Shown here piece after piece: positions 38,301 through 51,658 of a stretch of DNA of 64,000 bases. Source of the DNA: Cenococcum geophilum (Eukaryota). The position numbers were made by a program, and so were the translations under genes. The DNA lies in assembly GCA_050273025.1 (NCBI GenBank), contig CP158635.1, positions 11,098,001 through 11,162,000 of the forward strand, in the 5' to 3' direction. The notes under the pieces are model-generated. The model was not told the DNA's origin and did not search any database. It worked only from the letters and a program-made list of their open reading frames with translations. Positions within the stretch are counted from its first letter, which is position 1; every line of letters starts with the position of its first letter.

Positions 38301-39628
38301 AGAGTGAGGAGCGAAAAGCTCGTGGCGATCTTTGATAGGCTTTCAGCTCTACCTCAGCTTGATTTAACATGGTGGAAAGGCTGGTACAGTTCAACTTAGA
38401 AACATGTGCACAGTAACGATATAAAAGGACTGTAAAATGCCAGGGTGAAGATTTAGTCTGCATATATGGATATGCAGAGACTTTTAATGAAACAGTAGCT
38501 GATGAAAATCATACGCTTAGTACTGTAAAATGTCATGAGATTTCCTACTTTTGCCCCTGACAATGGCTCGTTCCGCCTCGGGCCGTCTACGGATCCGCTG
38601 GATATTTTACCTCCGCCCTCGGCGGACAGTTCTGCTATTAAACAAAATTTCCATTTATATCTCAACCAACCCGAATACAATATTAAATAGCGGTCAAATA
38701 GCTCTCGGGACTTACCACATAGCGGTATAGGTAAAGCTCGTCGCTTGCAATAAATGCTAGCGGTTTCTAATTGTTTAGGTATCTTCCATTCCCATATTTC
38801 AAGTGAGTTCCCTCGCTCTATGGTTTATTCCAGTGTCTTTACCTAGAAGCAATCTACACAGGAAAGAGTCAAATTACGAAAACCGCGGCTGTAGAGGTGA
38901 GGCATTTGACGCATCGCATAATGCCTTAGCTTATACAAACTTCTCTTTTGCCTACTCTTAGGTAACCGCCTCCTAATGTATTTGAACCGAGCCCTGGAGC
39001 ATGAGTTCTCCTTTATCGTCGGTCTTGGCATGGTGTTGCGTTATCTTAGAACTTGGGTTCGCATGCAGTAGAGTAGCGGAGCTGTTAGAGGTGCGCTAAT
39101 CTGCATGGATATAGCCTTGGAAGATTGCAGTTGGTGTCACGTAGTGCCCCTACGCCAATTCTAGACAGATGAAGGGGTACAGTCAGCAAAAATTGCACTC
39201 TCATGCATGTAAAACCGGCGCGAATCCTTCGAGGCCCGGACCTGCGAATACCCCTGCTAGTCCGACCGTAAATTAGTAGGATCCTGTCACCTGCCTGTAA
39301 ATAGAGATCCAAACTGAGGGCCCGTTTGATCTGTGCTGTGCACTAGGCAGGGTTTACCCCGCCCGGTGGCGCAGCGCAACCCCCGGCTTTTTGCACTTTC
39401 AGGCGCCTGAAATTGCACACTTACTCACCTTGTATCCTTCATACGGGCCAAGTGAATTAGAATCTCCTTTACATATATGTTGAGCTCATGGCCACCTTTC
39501 TCCTTCCCTTACCGGCTCACTACCACCCGACCTAGCCTTCGAGCACGGGACTCAGCACATCGTGTTCCCTCAAGCCATATCATCGATTGCAAACCCCACT
39601 TTAAGGATTGTTGATACTCTGGTTCAAG

Positions 39629-42287
39629 ATGGCAAAAGACTGGGATGCTGTTCAGCACTACATACGGGAGCTGTCGGTGAATCAGAAGAAGTCACTCGAA
39701 GAAGTTAAGTCGATCATGGAATCGAAGCACTCATTCAGAGCCTCGTAAGCCCGCCGAAGCCCATCAAATCCCGCAGCCCAATATTATATTCTACTAGCTA
39801 ATTTCTGAGCTTAGAACTAGAGCTTATCGACTGAAGTTCAAAGAATGGGGCTATATGAGACACAAATACACGCGAAGAGCACCAATCACCACTACAAGTA
39901 ATCGCGAAAGTTCGCAATCAAGTGACGAGACTTTATCTGACTGCCGGTATGTGATATTTATGTATTTCTCATATTTCTTTATCTTTGCGCTACTTTTAAA
40001 CTTGGGCAGCAAAGCACAAAAGCGAGAGTACTTTTGGAGCGCTTCGAAGATAAAATGCGGGGCCGAAAGTGATTTAGGTAAATGGCAAAGATTATCCATG
40101 CGGCAAACCAAAGCGAGCTCTTCAAAGCTACTCACAAGCTGTGCGCATATATATTATTAAATAATGCCCTAGATCGTCCAACCTCTCTTAAGCAACGTAA
40201 CTGACAACTGTACATTTTCATTATAAAATAATAGCGATATTGTCTCCAATCTCCGTGACTAACAAATATTTCAGATTTACAAACGAACTAAATTCAAACC
40301 CGGCCATACCAGCAGAAGACCACTTAACGGCAATACTAAAAGCAGTATGCTCCGCCAATATTTTAGAGCTTGAGGCATTGCTCAGCTCGGGATCAATTCG
40401 AGAGAGTATTAATCACCCTCTAGGTCTCCCATTCAAGTTAAACAGTCAGCTCCGCCATCATGCTGTGCTCCAGCACTGCATTCTCTTAGAGCATCAAGGC
40501 CAAACTCTCTTAGATATAGCATCAGGCTTACCATCAGTCGCTACCCTGCGGCTTCTGCTAAACCATGGCGCCACATCATCTGTCCACCCACTCGGAACCG
40601 ATCTCTCTCTTCACAATGCTATCAAAAATGGTAGGGTGCCAAACGTAGAAGCTCTTCTCAAAGCTGGCTCCAACCCGAATGGCCTCCCTGGCTGCACTTG
40701 GAGGCCGCTACGTCAAGCGGCATTTTGGGACTATCCTGCTATTGTTCGAATACTCCTCGACCACGGCGCGGAAGTGAACCCACCTTTGGACAACGTGCCA
40801 TTCAAAAGCCCATTACAACTTGTTCTAGATCGAAGGGCCGCTGAATATCAGAACCCAAAGGTGCGAGAAACAACCGAGGAAATTCTCAGGATGCTGCTTT
40901 ATGCTGGTGCTAAGGTAGTGGCTGATGCATCTGATGATTTGGATGGCCGGACACCATTTGAAACGTTTTTGGAGCCGTGGCAGACAGACCCGCAATGGAG
41001 CACTAACCTAAGCTCGGCTGATTGTGACTGCCTCCAATATTTCGTAACCAAGGGAGCCAATCTTCACGTACAATTCACTCCGTCGCTTTGCGCAGCAGAT
41101 TGTGGATACACCTTCGAGCATCAGACCTTATGGCACGTCGAACCAGCTGCAGCAAGACTTCTCATAGATCATGCGAATGTGCGCCCGGGAGGCAACGGTG
41201 CCAACGTTCTCCATGAAATTGTAGGCGCTTGCCCTCAGGCAAAGAGACACCCGGCTGACACGGTTCGAGACATGGAGGTTTTGTTAAGAAGAGGGTGCGA
41301 CCCTGATGCCATCGATGATGAAGGATATACTCCTTTGACGAGATGCTTGGAGTTTTCGCCAGCCGATGATGTGCTAGAACGAATCAACTTACTCCTACGG
41401 TACGGCAAGGCAGCTCCTTTGCTGAGAGATGGGGGTGGCCGCATCCCGGTTTTCATGGCCATTCGTCTATTCACTAATCCTTTGCAGTTGCAGCTTGCGG
41501 AGGCGTTGGTCTCACACTACGGAATAAGTCTCGGAGCTGATACTCATTGGCTCATGAACTACTTTCCTATCGCTGATGGAATTACTTGTGAAGAAGTGCA
41601 AAAGTATACATACCATGGACCTCTAGGAACTGAGGCACTCCAGAGACTCCCGCGTGATGTGAGATATACCTTCCAACAGGCTGCGCTGAGTGCTGCTACC
41701 AGGAAGTTCTTGGACGGAGCGGTTCGTTGCTGGCCTAAATCTCCCTTGTATCAGAGCCTCCAAATTCTGGATACCTTGAGAATCCGACAGTCGGCGAGGC
41801 TTCCTGAATACGGATTCCCTCAAGCATTTGTGCCCGAGCTACTCGAGTTTATCGCCGGCCAGCCAATTGAGAATCGGTTCTCTAACGATGTGCTTCTGAA
41901 CCCTGGTAAGCCTGTTCCAGTTACGAAAATGCGATTACCTCTCTCAACATCTTCGGATCAAGAAAAGGCTCTATCAGAACATGCGGTGCCGGGCCCGGTC
42001 GACTCTTCTCTATCGACCATGCACCAAGAGCCAGAAGACGAGACGCGGCTTTACAAAACTATCACCCGAGTCTATTATCAGTGCTTGAGTTGTGGAGATG
42101 AGGAGCTATACTCAATGGAAGACTATTCGTATGTAAAAGTGATATTCTATACGTCAACTAAAGATTCATGCTAATCCTTCTTGTACGAAGTGAGCACGAA
42201 GCAGAACACAACCACGCCTTAATGTGTTGTGTCGCACATTGTGATCGGAGATTCTGCATAGCAAAGCGATTCTCATCTGTGTCTTGA
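39629..42287 (+). CDS. Clr5-domain plus ankyrin-repeat protein with C-terminal C2H2-like finger (exons ~39629-39744, 39815-39946, 40275-42128, 42191-42287)
   Basis: MAKDWDAVQHYIRELSVNQKKSLEEVKSIMESKHSFRASTRAYRLKFKEWGY is Clr5-like; ankyrin motifs SLHNAIKNG, PLRQAAFWD, GYTPL; GT-AG introns keep the frame; spliced end CLSC-x13-H-x3-H. Confidence 0.82.
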
Positions 42288-43635
42288 GCTAGATGCTTTT
42301 CGAGTGAGGAACCGTTCTAAACAGATTTTTGGTTCACTCTTTAATAGTCCAGTACCACGCTTGTCTTTAGTGGACTCATAAGTGGCCAAGTTAGTTTTGT
42401 TACAGCGACCGAGGTAACCCGAGAGTGATTAAAATTCACGAAGGAACACCTATTCCGCGAACGTAACTACATCTCGTTATATGCATTATAAAATGAGCCA
42501 TGGTGCCTAAAGAATACACTCTTTGATAGACTTCAAGACATTGTGAAGTTCGGAATTGCATCAAGAGCGGAGTCATTGTTCCGCCTGGGCATACGATCGC
42601 GTCAACTTTGATAAGCGAATCTACTCTTCAGTGGACGCATATCGCATTCCGCTCAGGAACGCAAGAAATCACAATCAAGAGATTTCCAGGATAAAAATTA
42701 AGCAGGTCGATGTGTGAGGGTGGCCGATTAGCCATAACCAAATGTTGAGGGAAGGGTGGCATATAGGTATTCATTGCAGGGAAATACACTTGGGGGCCGA
42801 AATAAGCCGGGACATTTCCTGGCATGAAAGACGCCACAGCAGATGGGACTGTTTCAAGAGTAAAGAACAAAACACAGTCTGCCAAGCCCGCTGCCAAGCC
42901 CCGGAAAGGCTGCGCTTCCGCCACGAACCCACCTCAAAATCAGAGCCTCAATCACACGCGTTCTTCCTCCTCTTCGCCGTCAGGAGCGTTTCGGCACGCC
43001 ATATTTGTCTCGTAGCCGCAGGGAAACAATCAAAATGTCTGCAGAAAGTGAACAGTTGTTATGATTGAAGTTTTGTTAGTTGGAGCGAGTGTGCTTCTCT
43101 TCTGTCGGTGTCTTAATTGAACACAATGTGTCAGATCACTGAACTGGCATGGCGTAGAATATATATGAGGATTCCATGGAGCTCGATTGCTCGAAAAGAT
43201 ATCTACAAAGGTGGTCCGTGCGTGGGTCCGTGCACGTCGCCAAGCTCAAGAGACTGCCTCCTACCAACACAATGCCATGTTAGGAGATATTCGGAATTTT
43301 CGTTCGATACCGCCTTGCTAGTGCGTAGCTAATGTGCCTGTGCATACCCCAGAAACGTGGTTGCCACTTTGTTTTGTCTTGGCTGCTTCCATTCTGTCTT
43401 CTCCCGGCCGTTAACTTTGTACTAGTATGTCCCCGCGGACATGTTTCGACATTTGGACATTTGAACATTTACACCGCGGAATTGCCCATTTGTGGTGCCT
43501 ATGGAATATTCTACACAGTGCTCGCCATGCTCGACCTGTGTCCCCCACAAGCAGATCTTCTTCATATTGGATCTACTCTTCAGAGAAACCTCTACACTAT
43601 TTCTCTTTGGCAGACAATCTGTTACCAACATTACT

Positions 43636-44993
43636 ATGCCGTTTGACATCAGCTTGTTGCGGAAAGCTCTCGGGCTGAATCCTTATAACAAGAAGGCCAG
43701 GTTGATACCCATCTTAAATCCATTCGATAGACATGGAAGGGTATTCTATTGACCGCTAATTGGCACCAAAAAGACCAGTCCTATTGGCAGCACCAATCAG
43801 GACAGAATATAACCTCAAAATCCGGTCGACGCATTCTTCTTCTCCTGGGTTTGTTTCTTTATTGCATTCTAGTCCTAGTAAGTATGCTAGTAATTTTTTC
43901 GCCATCGATCCTCTCACTAACCTACGCGTAGGTATGCTTTTCCCCCTCTGATATGTTGGCCATTGACATATTCTACCGAGTCCTCTTTAACAATATCATC
44001 AGCTATCAAAAAAGGCCTGCACCTCTCGCAAAAGGAGGTTGCAAATTCCAACATTGTTGCTCTAGCCGCAACCCTATTGATGCGTCTCGTCTATGGCCCT
44101 CTATGGGATAGATTTGGGCCACGCTTGGTTTTCGTCAGCTGCCTTTTTGCTGGTGCCATACCCACTGCTCTTGCAGGCACCATTCACGACTCTAAGGGCC
44201 TTATAGTCCTTCGATTCTTCATTGGCATCCTGGGGACTAGCTTCGTCCCTTGCCAGGTCTGGAGTACTGGTTTCTTTGATAAGAACGTCGTTGGTACTGC
44301 TAACGCCTTGACTGGTGGCTGGGGTAACGCTGGCGGTGGTGTTACTTAGTAAGAAAACCGACATGTTTCTTCTTCTGCTGTGTACTAAATACGCTATCTT
44401 AGTTTCGTCATGTCTGCAACCTTTGACTCCTTAGTCTCGAGCAGTGGGCTAAAGCCTTGCGTTGCCTGGCGTGTAGCGTTCGTTGTCCTATTCATCCTGA
44501 TCACTTCCATCGGCGTTGGAATGCTCCTATTCTCCAAAGACACTCCAACTGGCAAATGGGCCGACCGCGCTGTTGCCGTTGAGCAAAACCTCAAGCCCCA
44601 AAAGAGCCGTATCGTTAGCGCACAGGGTGGTGTTCTCGACAAGCCCTCTTCGACCTCGTCGCTGTTGGACAATGAGAAGGAAAAGCGCGAGGTCAATGAA
44701 ATCGAAGTGGGGCCATAAGTCGGCGAAGTTGTGGCCATCGCAGAGTACCAGTATGAGACAGTCCAAAACCCTACTTTCAAAGAAGCCATGCTAACGTATT
44801 CCGAATAAGCATCATTTCCAGCGTCACCGGCGCATCAGGCAATCTCGGCGGTATTATCTTTGCCATTATCTTCCGTTACAGCGGAACGCATTACGGCAAG
44901 GTTTTCTGGATCATCGGCATCATGACGATTGCGATCAATTTATCTGTTTCTTGGATTAGGCCGATTCCTAAGGGCCAGATTGGTGGTCGTTAA
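43636..44993 (+). pseudogene. nrtA: High-affinity nitrate transporter (NNP/NRT2 family) pseudogene
   Basis: [56 protein letters not shown], terminal WIRPIPKGQIGGR*; insertion in exon 1, stop at 44716-44718, and a large deletion near 44790. Confidence 0.88.
43748..43830. mobile_element. 83-bp mini-insertion with 8-bp imperfect TIRs and 7-bp imperfect TSD
   Basis: GTATTCT [ATTGACCG...CGGTCGAC] GCATTCT; removing the insert and one repeat restores GRVFFFSW. Confidence 0.7.
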
Positions 44994-45460
44994 GTTTGGG
45001 ATGGTTATTTTTTCGTCGTAAGCATAAAATTTAGGCATGAGCATTTTTATAGACCCTGTTATGCTTCACGATGCATTGGAATTAGTATTAGTAGGACTAT
45101 AGTGTTTTGGATATAAATGAGTTTGGTTAGTTACACCGCACTTAGCGTTTCGAAGCATATTTTGCTTTTGCTTTTCGTGTCCGCCTCTCATGAGAAAGTG
45201 GTCGTCACCTAAGACTCACCTTCAGTGTACTTTCGGGCTTTGAGAAGTTTTCTTCTAAGAGATATAGGCTACTATTACCGTTAAGGTTATATTGGTTGTG
45301 ATCCAGTGACTCAGTAAAGTGGACATAGATGCAGTACCAGCAACGCAGATTAAAATAAAACTTCCTGTAGTTATAATGCATTTCCTAAGTCTTCAACACA
45401 ATAAAATTCTGGGAGATATCATTGATTCTATACTCTAAACACTGACAATGCTAACTTCGA

Positions 45461-48424
45461 CTATCCAAGCCCTTCTCTTCCTCCCTCGCTTTCTTCGCCA
45501 TCTAAACTAGGCCCTAACAGACCCGTCTCTTCCGCACCTCCCGGTTCCCGTAGGATACCCACGCCATTTTCGCCTCTCTCGTCCGCGCCGTTTAGAATAA
45601 ACCAAACATCCTTCTTCGTTAATAAACCCTTGAGCGTCCCTCGATCCACAAAGAGGACGTATCGAAGTCCTAGTCTCTGGAACATGCTGACTGTAAGTTG
45701 GAAGCTCGCTCTAGAATTGAGAGTGATGGGTGTTTGGTCCATCCAAGGTCGGAGATCAAGGCTTGTAGTTGGGTCGGAAAGCGGTTGGTGGGAAAAGTAA
45801 GCTTCAGTGTCAAGAGTGAGATTTCGAGGATTGGATAAGGCGGAAGAGAGAGCAAACGCGAGCTCTGTCCTAGATATATAGCCAAGTAGTAATGCGTCGC
45901 GCGGATTGTCAATCACAGGGAAGCCTCTGAAAGGATGAGCGCTAAGTAGAGTCCTCAAACTTCGGATGGTATGCCCAATTGCAGTGATGACCATGAGATC
46001 TTCGATGCGCGTCATGACCTGCGATGCTGGGACATCAGGGATGGTTGAGCTATTATCATCTCGGTTGTCGAGAAATGGGTAGCCATTAAAGTCGATCCAC
46101 GATTCGTAAATGCCCCTTTTAGATAAAGCATCTCCCACCCATTTGCTAATCATGACTGCAATCATGATTGGAAGGACATATGTCAGTGCACCGGTAAGTT
46201 CGAACATAATGACAACGATAGAAACAGTCATGCGGGTCGCGCCACCAAGAGCAGACGCAGCGCCAATAATTGCATAGGTTCCTGGGGTAACACACGGTAT
46301 ATCGGGTTCGCAAGAGGCGAAGAGGATGAAGTTGGGATGGGCAATCTGCCAAACCTCAACAATGAGGCCGACAGCGCGACCATACAGAGCTCCGATCGCC
46401 ATGGAAGGAAGAATTATTCCAGCTGGTATTGGGAGACCAAACGTGACGCTAGCTAGAAAAAATCCTAGGAGTGCGGAAATAAGGAGCAGAGCTACAACGC
46501 CTGTATTTGCTTTTCCAGATTTGCAGAGACCAAGGGTGTCGTCAGTGAGGTCTGCACATTCGGCAAAGAGGATGTAAACGAGCTCTGAAGCTTGGGCTCG
46601 CATGAATTTGATTGGAAAGTTGATAAGGGCAGTGACTAGTGTTATGAGGATGACTTCGAGGATAGGGCCGTTGAAGAGAGGGTAAGATCTGCGCCATTCT
46701 GCAATTTTCATGTTCACTTTGATAAATAATCCGCCGTAAAGGCCTCCTAAAATCCCTAAAAGGGCGAAGGGAACCATTTCGAAATCATGCCATCCGGAGT
46801 GGTACGTGACTTGGTACAAGACTAGTTTGCCTGTACGGAATGGATTGAAAGCTTGGAGAGTGACGGCAGCGACCATGGCGCATACGAAGCTCTGCCACAT
46901 GGTCTTGTCGGGAAAGTAGTAAGACAATTGCTGGTTTAAATGTCAGCGAATAGACGCAATACAAAGCGCAACTTTGAATACCTCAAGACTAAACAAAACC
47001 CCACCAATAGGTGACCCAAAAGCTACTGAGATACCAGCAGCGGCGGCAGCAGAGAGAACCTCTCGCTTTCGTGCTGCATGCTTGTCAGCGCTAGTTGCAA
47101 GTTTACTTCCAAGTTCCTTACCTTCATTACTATTGACATTGCTAAAGAGTTTCATAAATAAATTTGCACAGCAGCAAGCAACGTGTACAAGAGGGCCTTC
47201 CTTCCCGAGCCACAGCCCAGATGCAACGGCAAGACACTTTTACCCAGTCAGTCAGGCCCATAAATCAGGCAAGTGGATTACTTTGACTTACCAAACCAAG
47301 AGACTTGATGACTAGGGTCCAAGTTCCCATGAAACGCCGAATAACAAATCCGCCCAAAACCGTCTTGATTTCAGGTATTCCGCTATGTTTGGCATAAATT
47401 GCAAAGCTCTTAACCATAATGCTTGCACAAGCAGCAAAAATAATCTGGTGAAATATTAGCAATTGGCTGTGAGCTTTTTGTTAGACAACCTACTGATAAT
47501 ATGATGAAGAAAATATACTCGATAATCCAGCTGCCTCCTGTGGAATGCACCCCCAGAGCACTGCTCCAGCTGTGCCAATCATGACAATGCGAAAGTTCTG
47601 GAAATTGATAAGCTTTCACCTATCACAAGCTGGGTATGCTAACCTGAATATCCCCAACAACAGAAATTTTTATTCAGATAAAAGCGACCATCTCCGTCAA
47701 CGTTGCTACAATAACCTGTTTTCAAGTCCCCAAGCCAGTCACTTGCTATGTCAATAAATGCAGCAATAGCTCCACTTGCAATACCCGCGGCTACGAGGAT
47801 CAGCCATATCTGGCTGGCGTCTGCAAGTTGTCGAATATATCCAAGTATCCCAGTTGAGTTGGAGTATAGAAAACGAAGTCTCTGTCGTTCCTTTGCATAT
47901 TCGAATATCCAGTCGATTGCCGTAAGATCGTCATATCCAACGCGACGGCCTGGTCCCTCGACATACCAATCTAAACCATTCGCATCCTTTGTGTCGTGGA
48001 GTTGCCCACCAGCGTCTCCAGGACCATCGAGGTAAGATAATATGAGTTCTGTGGAATCATTCGCAGCGTCATGATTGTGTAGCTGGCGTGCTCGAGATTG
48101 AGGATGTCGCAGTAAAGGTGATTGCTGGCGACTGTTGTTTGAAAGTGGAGAGGAAAGGAATCTGGGTATGGAGAAAGCAGAAGCGACAGGCGCTTTTAGC
48201 TTGCGCTTGAAGGATATTCTAAGTAGTACTATTAGCTGAGAAAATCGAATTCTAGACCGGATTCCTGCCCACCTTTCGGGCAGACTATTCTCTAAAGGGT
48301 CTGCAGAAAGTAATGCCTCTTCGTTGTCGCTGTTATCGCCCTCGACAGTTGGCTGCCTGGGCGGACGACTAGAGGACGCTTCGGCTTGTCCACATTGAGA
48401 TTGAGTTGATGGCGAGCTTGACAT
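45461..48424 (-). CDS. ClC voltage-gated chloride channel/antiporter with CBS domains (multi-exon)
   Basis: Signatures [37 protein letters not shown]-terminal CBS pair; several GT-AG introns. Confidence 0.95.
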
Positions 48425-48752
48425 CCCCTCGATATGCGCCTGTTACGTCCTTTAATAGCATCGTCTTAAGCAGGCATTGCGGTATAAAGGTGGATGGCTG
48501 ATTCCGAGGTCCTGTGAGGCGCAATGAAAATATGATTATGTAAGATGTTTCATACTCCGCCGATCATCTCGTTCCCCTGTTCCCAGGGAGGCGAGCATAG
48601 AAACATTATAGTGGTAGCTCGAAACATTTCGAAGTAAACCAAAGATACTAGCACGAATTCGTAAAGAGCACTGAAGTGCTTCCGAGCTTTAATCTTAGTA
48701 TATGATGCTGCCAAAGCAGTTCCGTCAATATCGTCGTCTGGATTCCCGTCCA

Positions 48753-49257
48753 GTTATCAAGTCCCCCACTTTATCAATTTTCGCCTACTTTTAACTCAAG
48801 TGATTGAATATATATATATAGGCACTACTTTCTAAAGTAAAGAGGTTTGACTTAGTAGAATTTAAAGAGTTTTACAAAAATAGATCTAAAATTTATTCAG
48901 TTTACAGAATTACGCGTTACCTTCGTGAATTTTAGGCCTCTATGCGAGGCTCTGGACAAAGCTCTACCCGGAGCTCTACACGAAGCTCTACACGAAGTTC
49001 TACGTAGTAAGACCCTACGCAGTAAGACTATACAGTAGAGAAGCTCTGCGGTAGGGAGGCTCTACATAGTGGTGGATCTTTACGAAAATTAAGGTTTCAT
49101 CTACGCGTGATGTACGCGATAGTGTAACATTCGGGCGGACTTTGAGGGGCCGATATACATGGCGTAATCTTAATTTTATCAAGTACACCTCTAGAAAGTA
49201 GTGCTTATATATATATACAATCATGGCGAAAATTGATAAAGTGGGGGACTTGACAAC
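48753..49257. mobile_element. MITE with bipartite TIRs in the ClC/ADH divergent intergenic region
   Basis: GTTATCAAGTCCCCCACTTTATCAATTTTCGCC ... GGCGAAAATTGATAAAGTGGGGGACTTGACAAC, plus a second inverted block (TGATTGAATATATATATATAGGCACTACTTTCTA); no clear TSD. Confidence 0.82.
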
Positions 49258-49634
49258 CCCCCGCGTTTCTTTTCAGCCCCACCATCACCAGCTGGAGGCA
49301 TTTCTACCGGACTATCGGACACTAATACCTCTATCCCTCTTCCAGTAGATCTACTATACGGACAATGTGCCAGTCCACGGAATTGGCCCCGCTCCAAGAC
49401 GCGTACCCCGCATCGGGCAACTCATGTTGAACCGGGGGGCTCACTGGCTCGAAAGAGTCAAACCGAGGTTGTACGACAGAAAGATGCCCTGGTTTAAAGG
49501 GGGCGGGTGATTTAAATAGTCCTGACGCCGTCAGTTTCATCATTCGCGTTCAATTTCATTCTTCTCATCTGCTTAAAGCACTGCGTTTACCTCGCTCTTG
49601 CCACGCATCACCAGTACTAAAATAAGACCTTACA

Positions 49635-51099
49635 ATGGGAACGAACGGCGAAGCACCCGCCCCTACCTTTGACATACCCAAAGAATGTAAAGCGGGTGTT
49701 GTAGTGAATGAAGGACCTGACTTTCACGTCCAGGTGCAAAATGTCCCCGTCCCAGAAATCAGTAAGTATTCTTTTATTTTGATGCGCGTGGACCCTCCTC
49801 AAATTCTTCTTGAATGATGCTCTAGCAGCCGTCGTATTGCGCTTCGATCGATACCTCTAACAGATGGGGTTATTTTATAGAGCCAAATGAAGTTCTCATC
49901 AAATTAAATGCCACCGGCATATGTCACTCTGATCTTCATTTCATGCTGAATGACTGGGCTCTACCGAAAATGTCCACCTTTGGGACCAAATGTGCCGGGC
50001 ATGAGGGTGCGGGGGTTATTGTTAAGGTTGGAGATGCAGTTAAGAACCTTAAGGTTGGCATGAGAGCAGGATTCAAGGTTAGCAGCATTGAGAAAACGCT
50101 GGGTTTTGAGATTCATATTGATATTTTTTTTTAGCCCATTGTAGACACATGGTGAGCCACATACCCACCTGCACCGTTGCGCCGCTCTTCCGCAACTCTC
50201 AACGAGGCAAGTCGTAAAGATATGGACTGCTAACTGGGAATGAAAGCGGAACATGCGAGCTATGTTGGGGTGACAAAGAGTGCTATTGTCCTAAAGCGAT
50301 ACTCGCAGGCTTAATGTGCGATGGTATATCTCATCTTTCATATTTACTTGGCTCACGGCAATCCACACATGCTATTTCTATGTTCTGATTATGCTTCCTC
50401 TCTATAGGCTCATATAAGCAATACGTCACATCCCCTGAGCGTTACACGACGATCATCCCTGACGGAGTTTCCGATTTCATCGCCGGCCCGATAATGTGCT
50501 CGGCTAGCACTATCTATACCTCAATAAAAGACTCTGGTCTCGAACCTGGTGATTGGGCTGTCTTCCCCGGCGCTGGTGGCGGTGTTGGCATGCAGGGTGT
50601 TCAGCTCGCGAAGGCCATGGGCTTACGTCCCGTCGCCATCGACACTGGGGCCGATAAGAAAAGGCTATGTATGGAAGTAGCCGGGGCTGAACACTTCATC
50701 GACTTTAAAGAGACGAAAGATGTAGCCGCAGAGGTTGTGAAAATCTGCGATGGCATAGGAGCGCATGCTGTTTTCGTCACCGCAGTTCAGTCTTATCCGA
50801 CCTCTTTGACACTCCTAGGAGCCAGAGTTGGTGGCAAGGTCATGTGTATTGGACTACCACCTGCTGGGGCTTACCATATGGACGTTGATCCGGGCGCGAT
50901 GTGCTTTAGGAAGTGGAGTGTACAGGGCACGCTAGTGAGTAGTATAAAGGATGTGGATAAGACTTTGGATTTTGCGAAAAGGGGCTTGCTAAAACCGATA
51001 TACACGGTATATCCCTTGAGTCAGTTCAATGACGCTGTTCAGAAGTTGAGAAGAGGAGAGATCGCCGGAAGGGCAGTCATTGATTTCAATAAGGACTGA
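49635..51099 (+). CDS. Zinc-dependent alcohol dehydrogenase (MDR family), about 5 exons
   Basis: GICHSDLH, GHEGAG, structural Zn cysteines CGTCELC...C split by a 17-nt micro-exon (50135-50151), GAGGGVG Rossmann motif. Confidence 0.93.
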
Positions 51100-51658
51100 T
51101 TGATAGTACCGGTTGAAGACAGTGGTATGATTTATGCGAGGCTGATTCACTTGGCCTTTGCTGTGTAGTGGCGATTTGCAATAGGTTCCTGAGGCATAAG
51201 CTCGTGGAAAATTCGTTGGATAAGGGGCAGTACGAACGTCCGTGCGCACCAACGATCCATGAGATAACGTCTGAGAGCTTATGGTTCTAGCTTTGGTGGT
51301 AGCCGAAAACAAGATATACCTAAAACTTACTATTATATCTTATCCCTTAGCTCGTAGAAATGGACAGAATTCGATTTTCAAAACATTCAGTTACCGCCAA
51401 AACGACGCCCATAAGCTCTCAGACGTTCGAGGGAGAATTTGAGGGGAATAGGGAGCCGTATGCACGTGCTTTCCCTGCCCCGTAACCAAATTCTACTACG
51501 GAGCGTCTGATTTATGAGATAAAGCCTCTGCAGTTTTCACTGTATACATCATATTGACCAAAGATATGGCATAGGCATCTAGAAGGACTCCTTAATAGTT
51601 ACTCACCAACAAATAATAATAGTAGCATGTATAACATCGAGGGCTGCAGTCCATAAAA

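Noticed and set aside
42500..43050. Small minus-strand ORF 42628-42924
   Set aside because: GTG start, no domain, and no supportable gene model.
51097..51170. Stop-codon readthrough peroxisomal signal on ADH
   Set aside because: Context is TGA-TTG rather than TGA-CTA, and the extension does not end in an SKL-like tripeptide.
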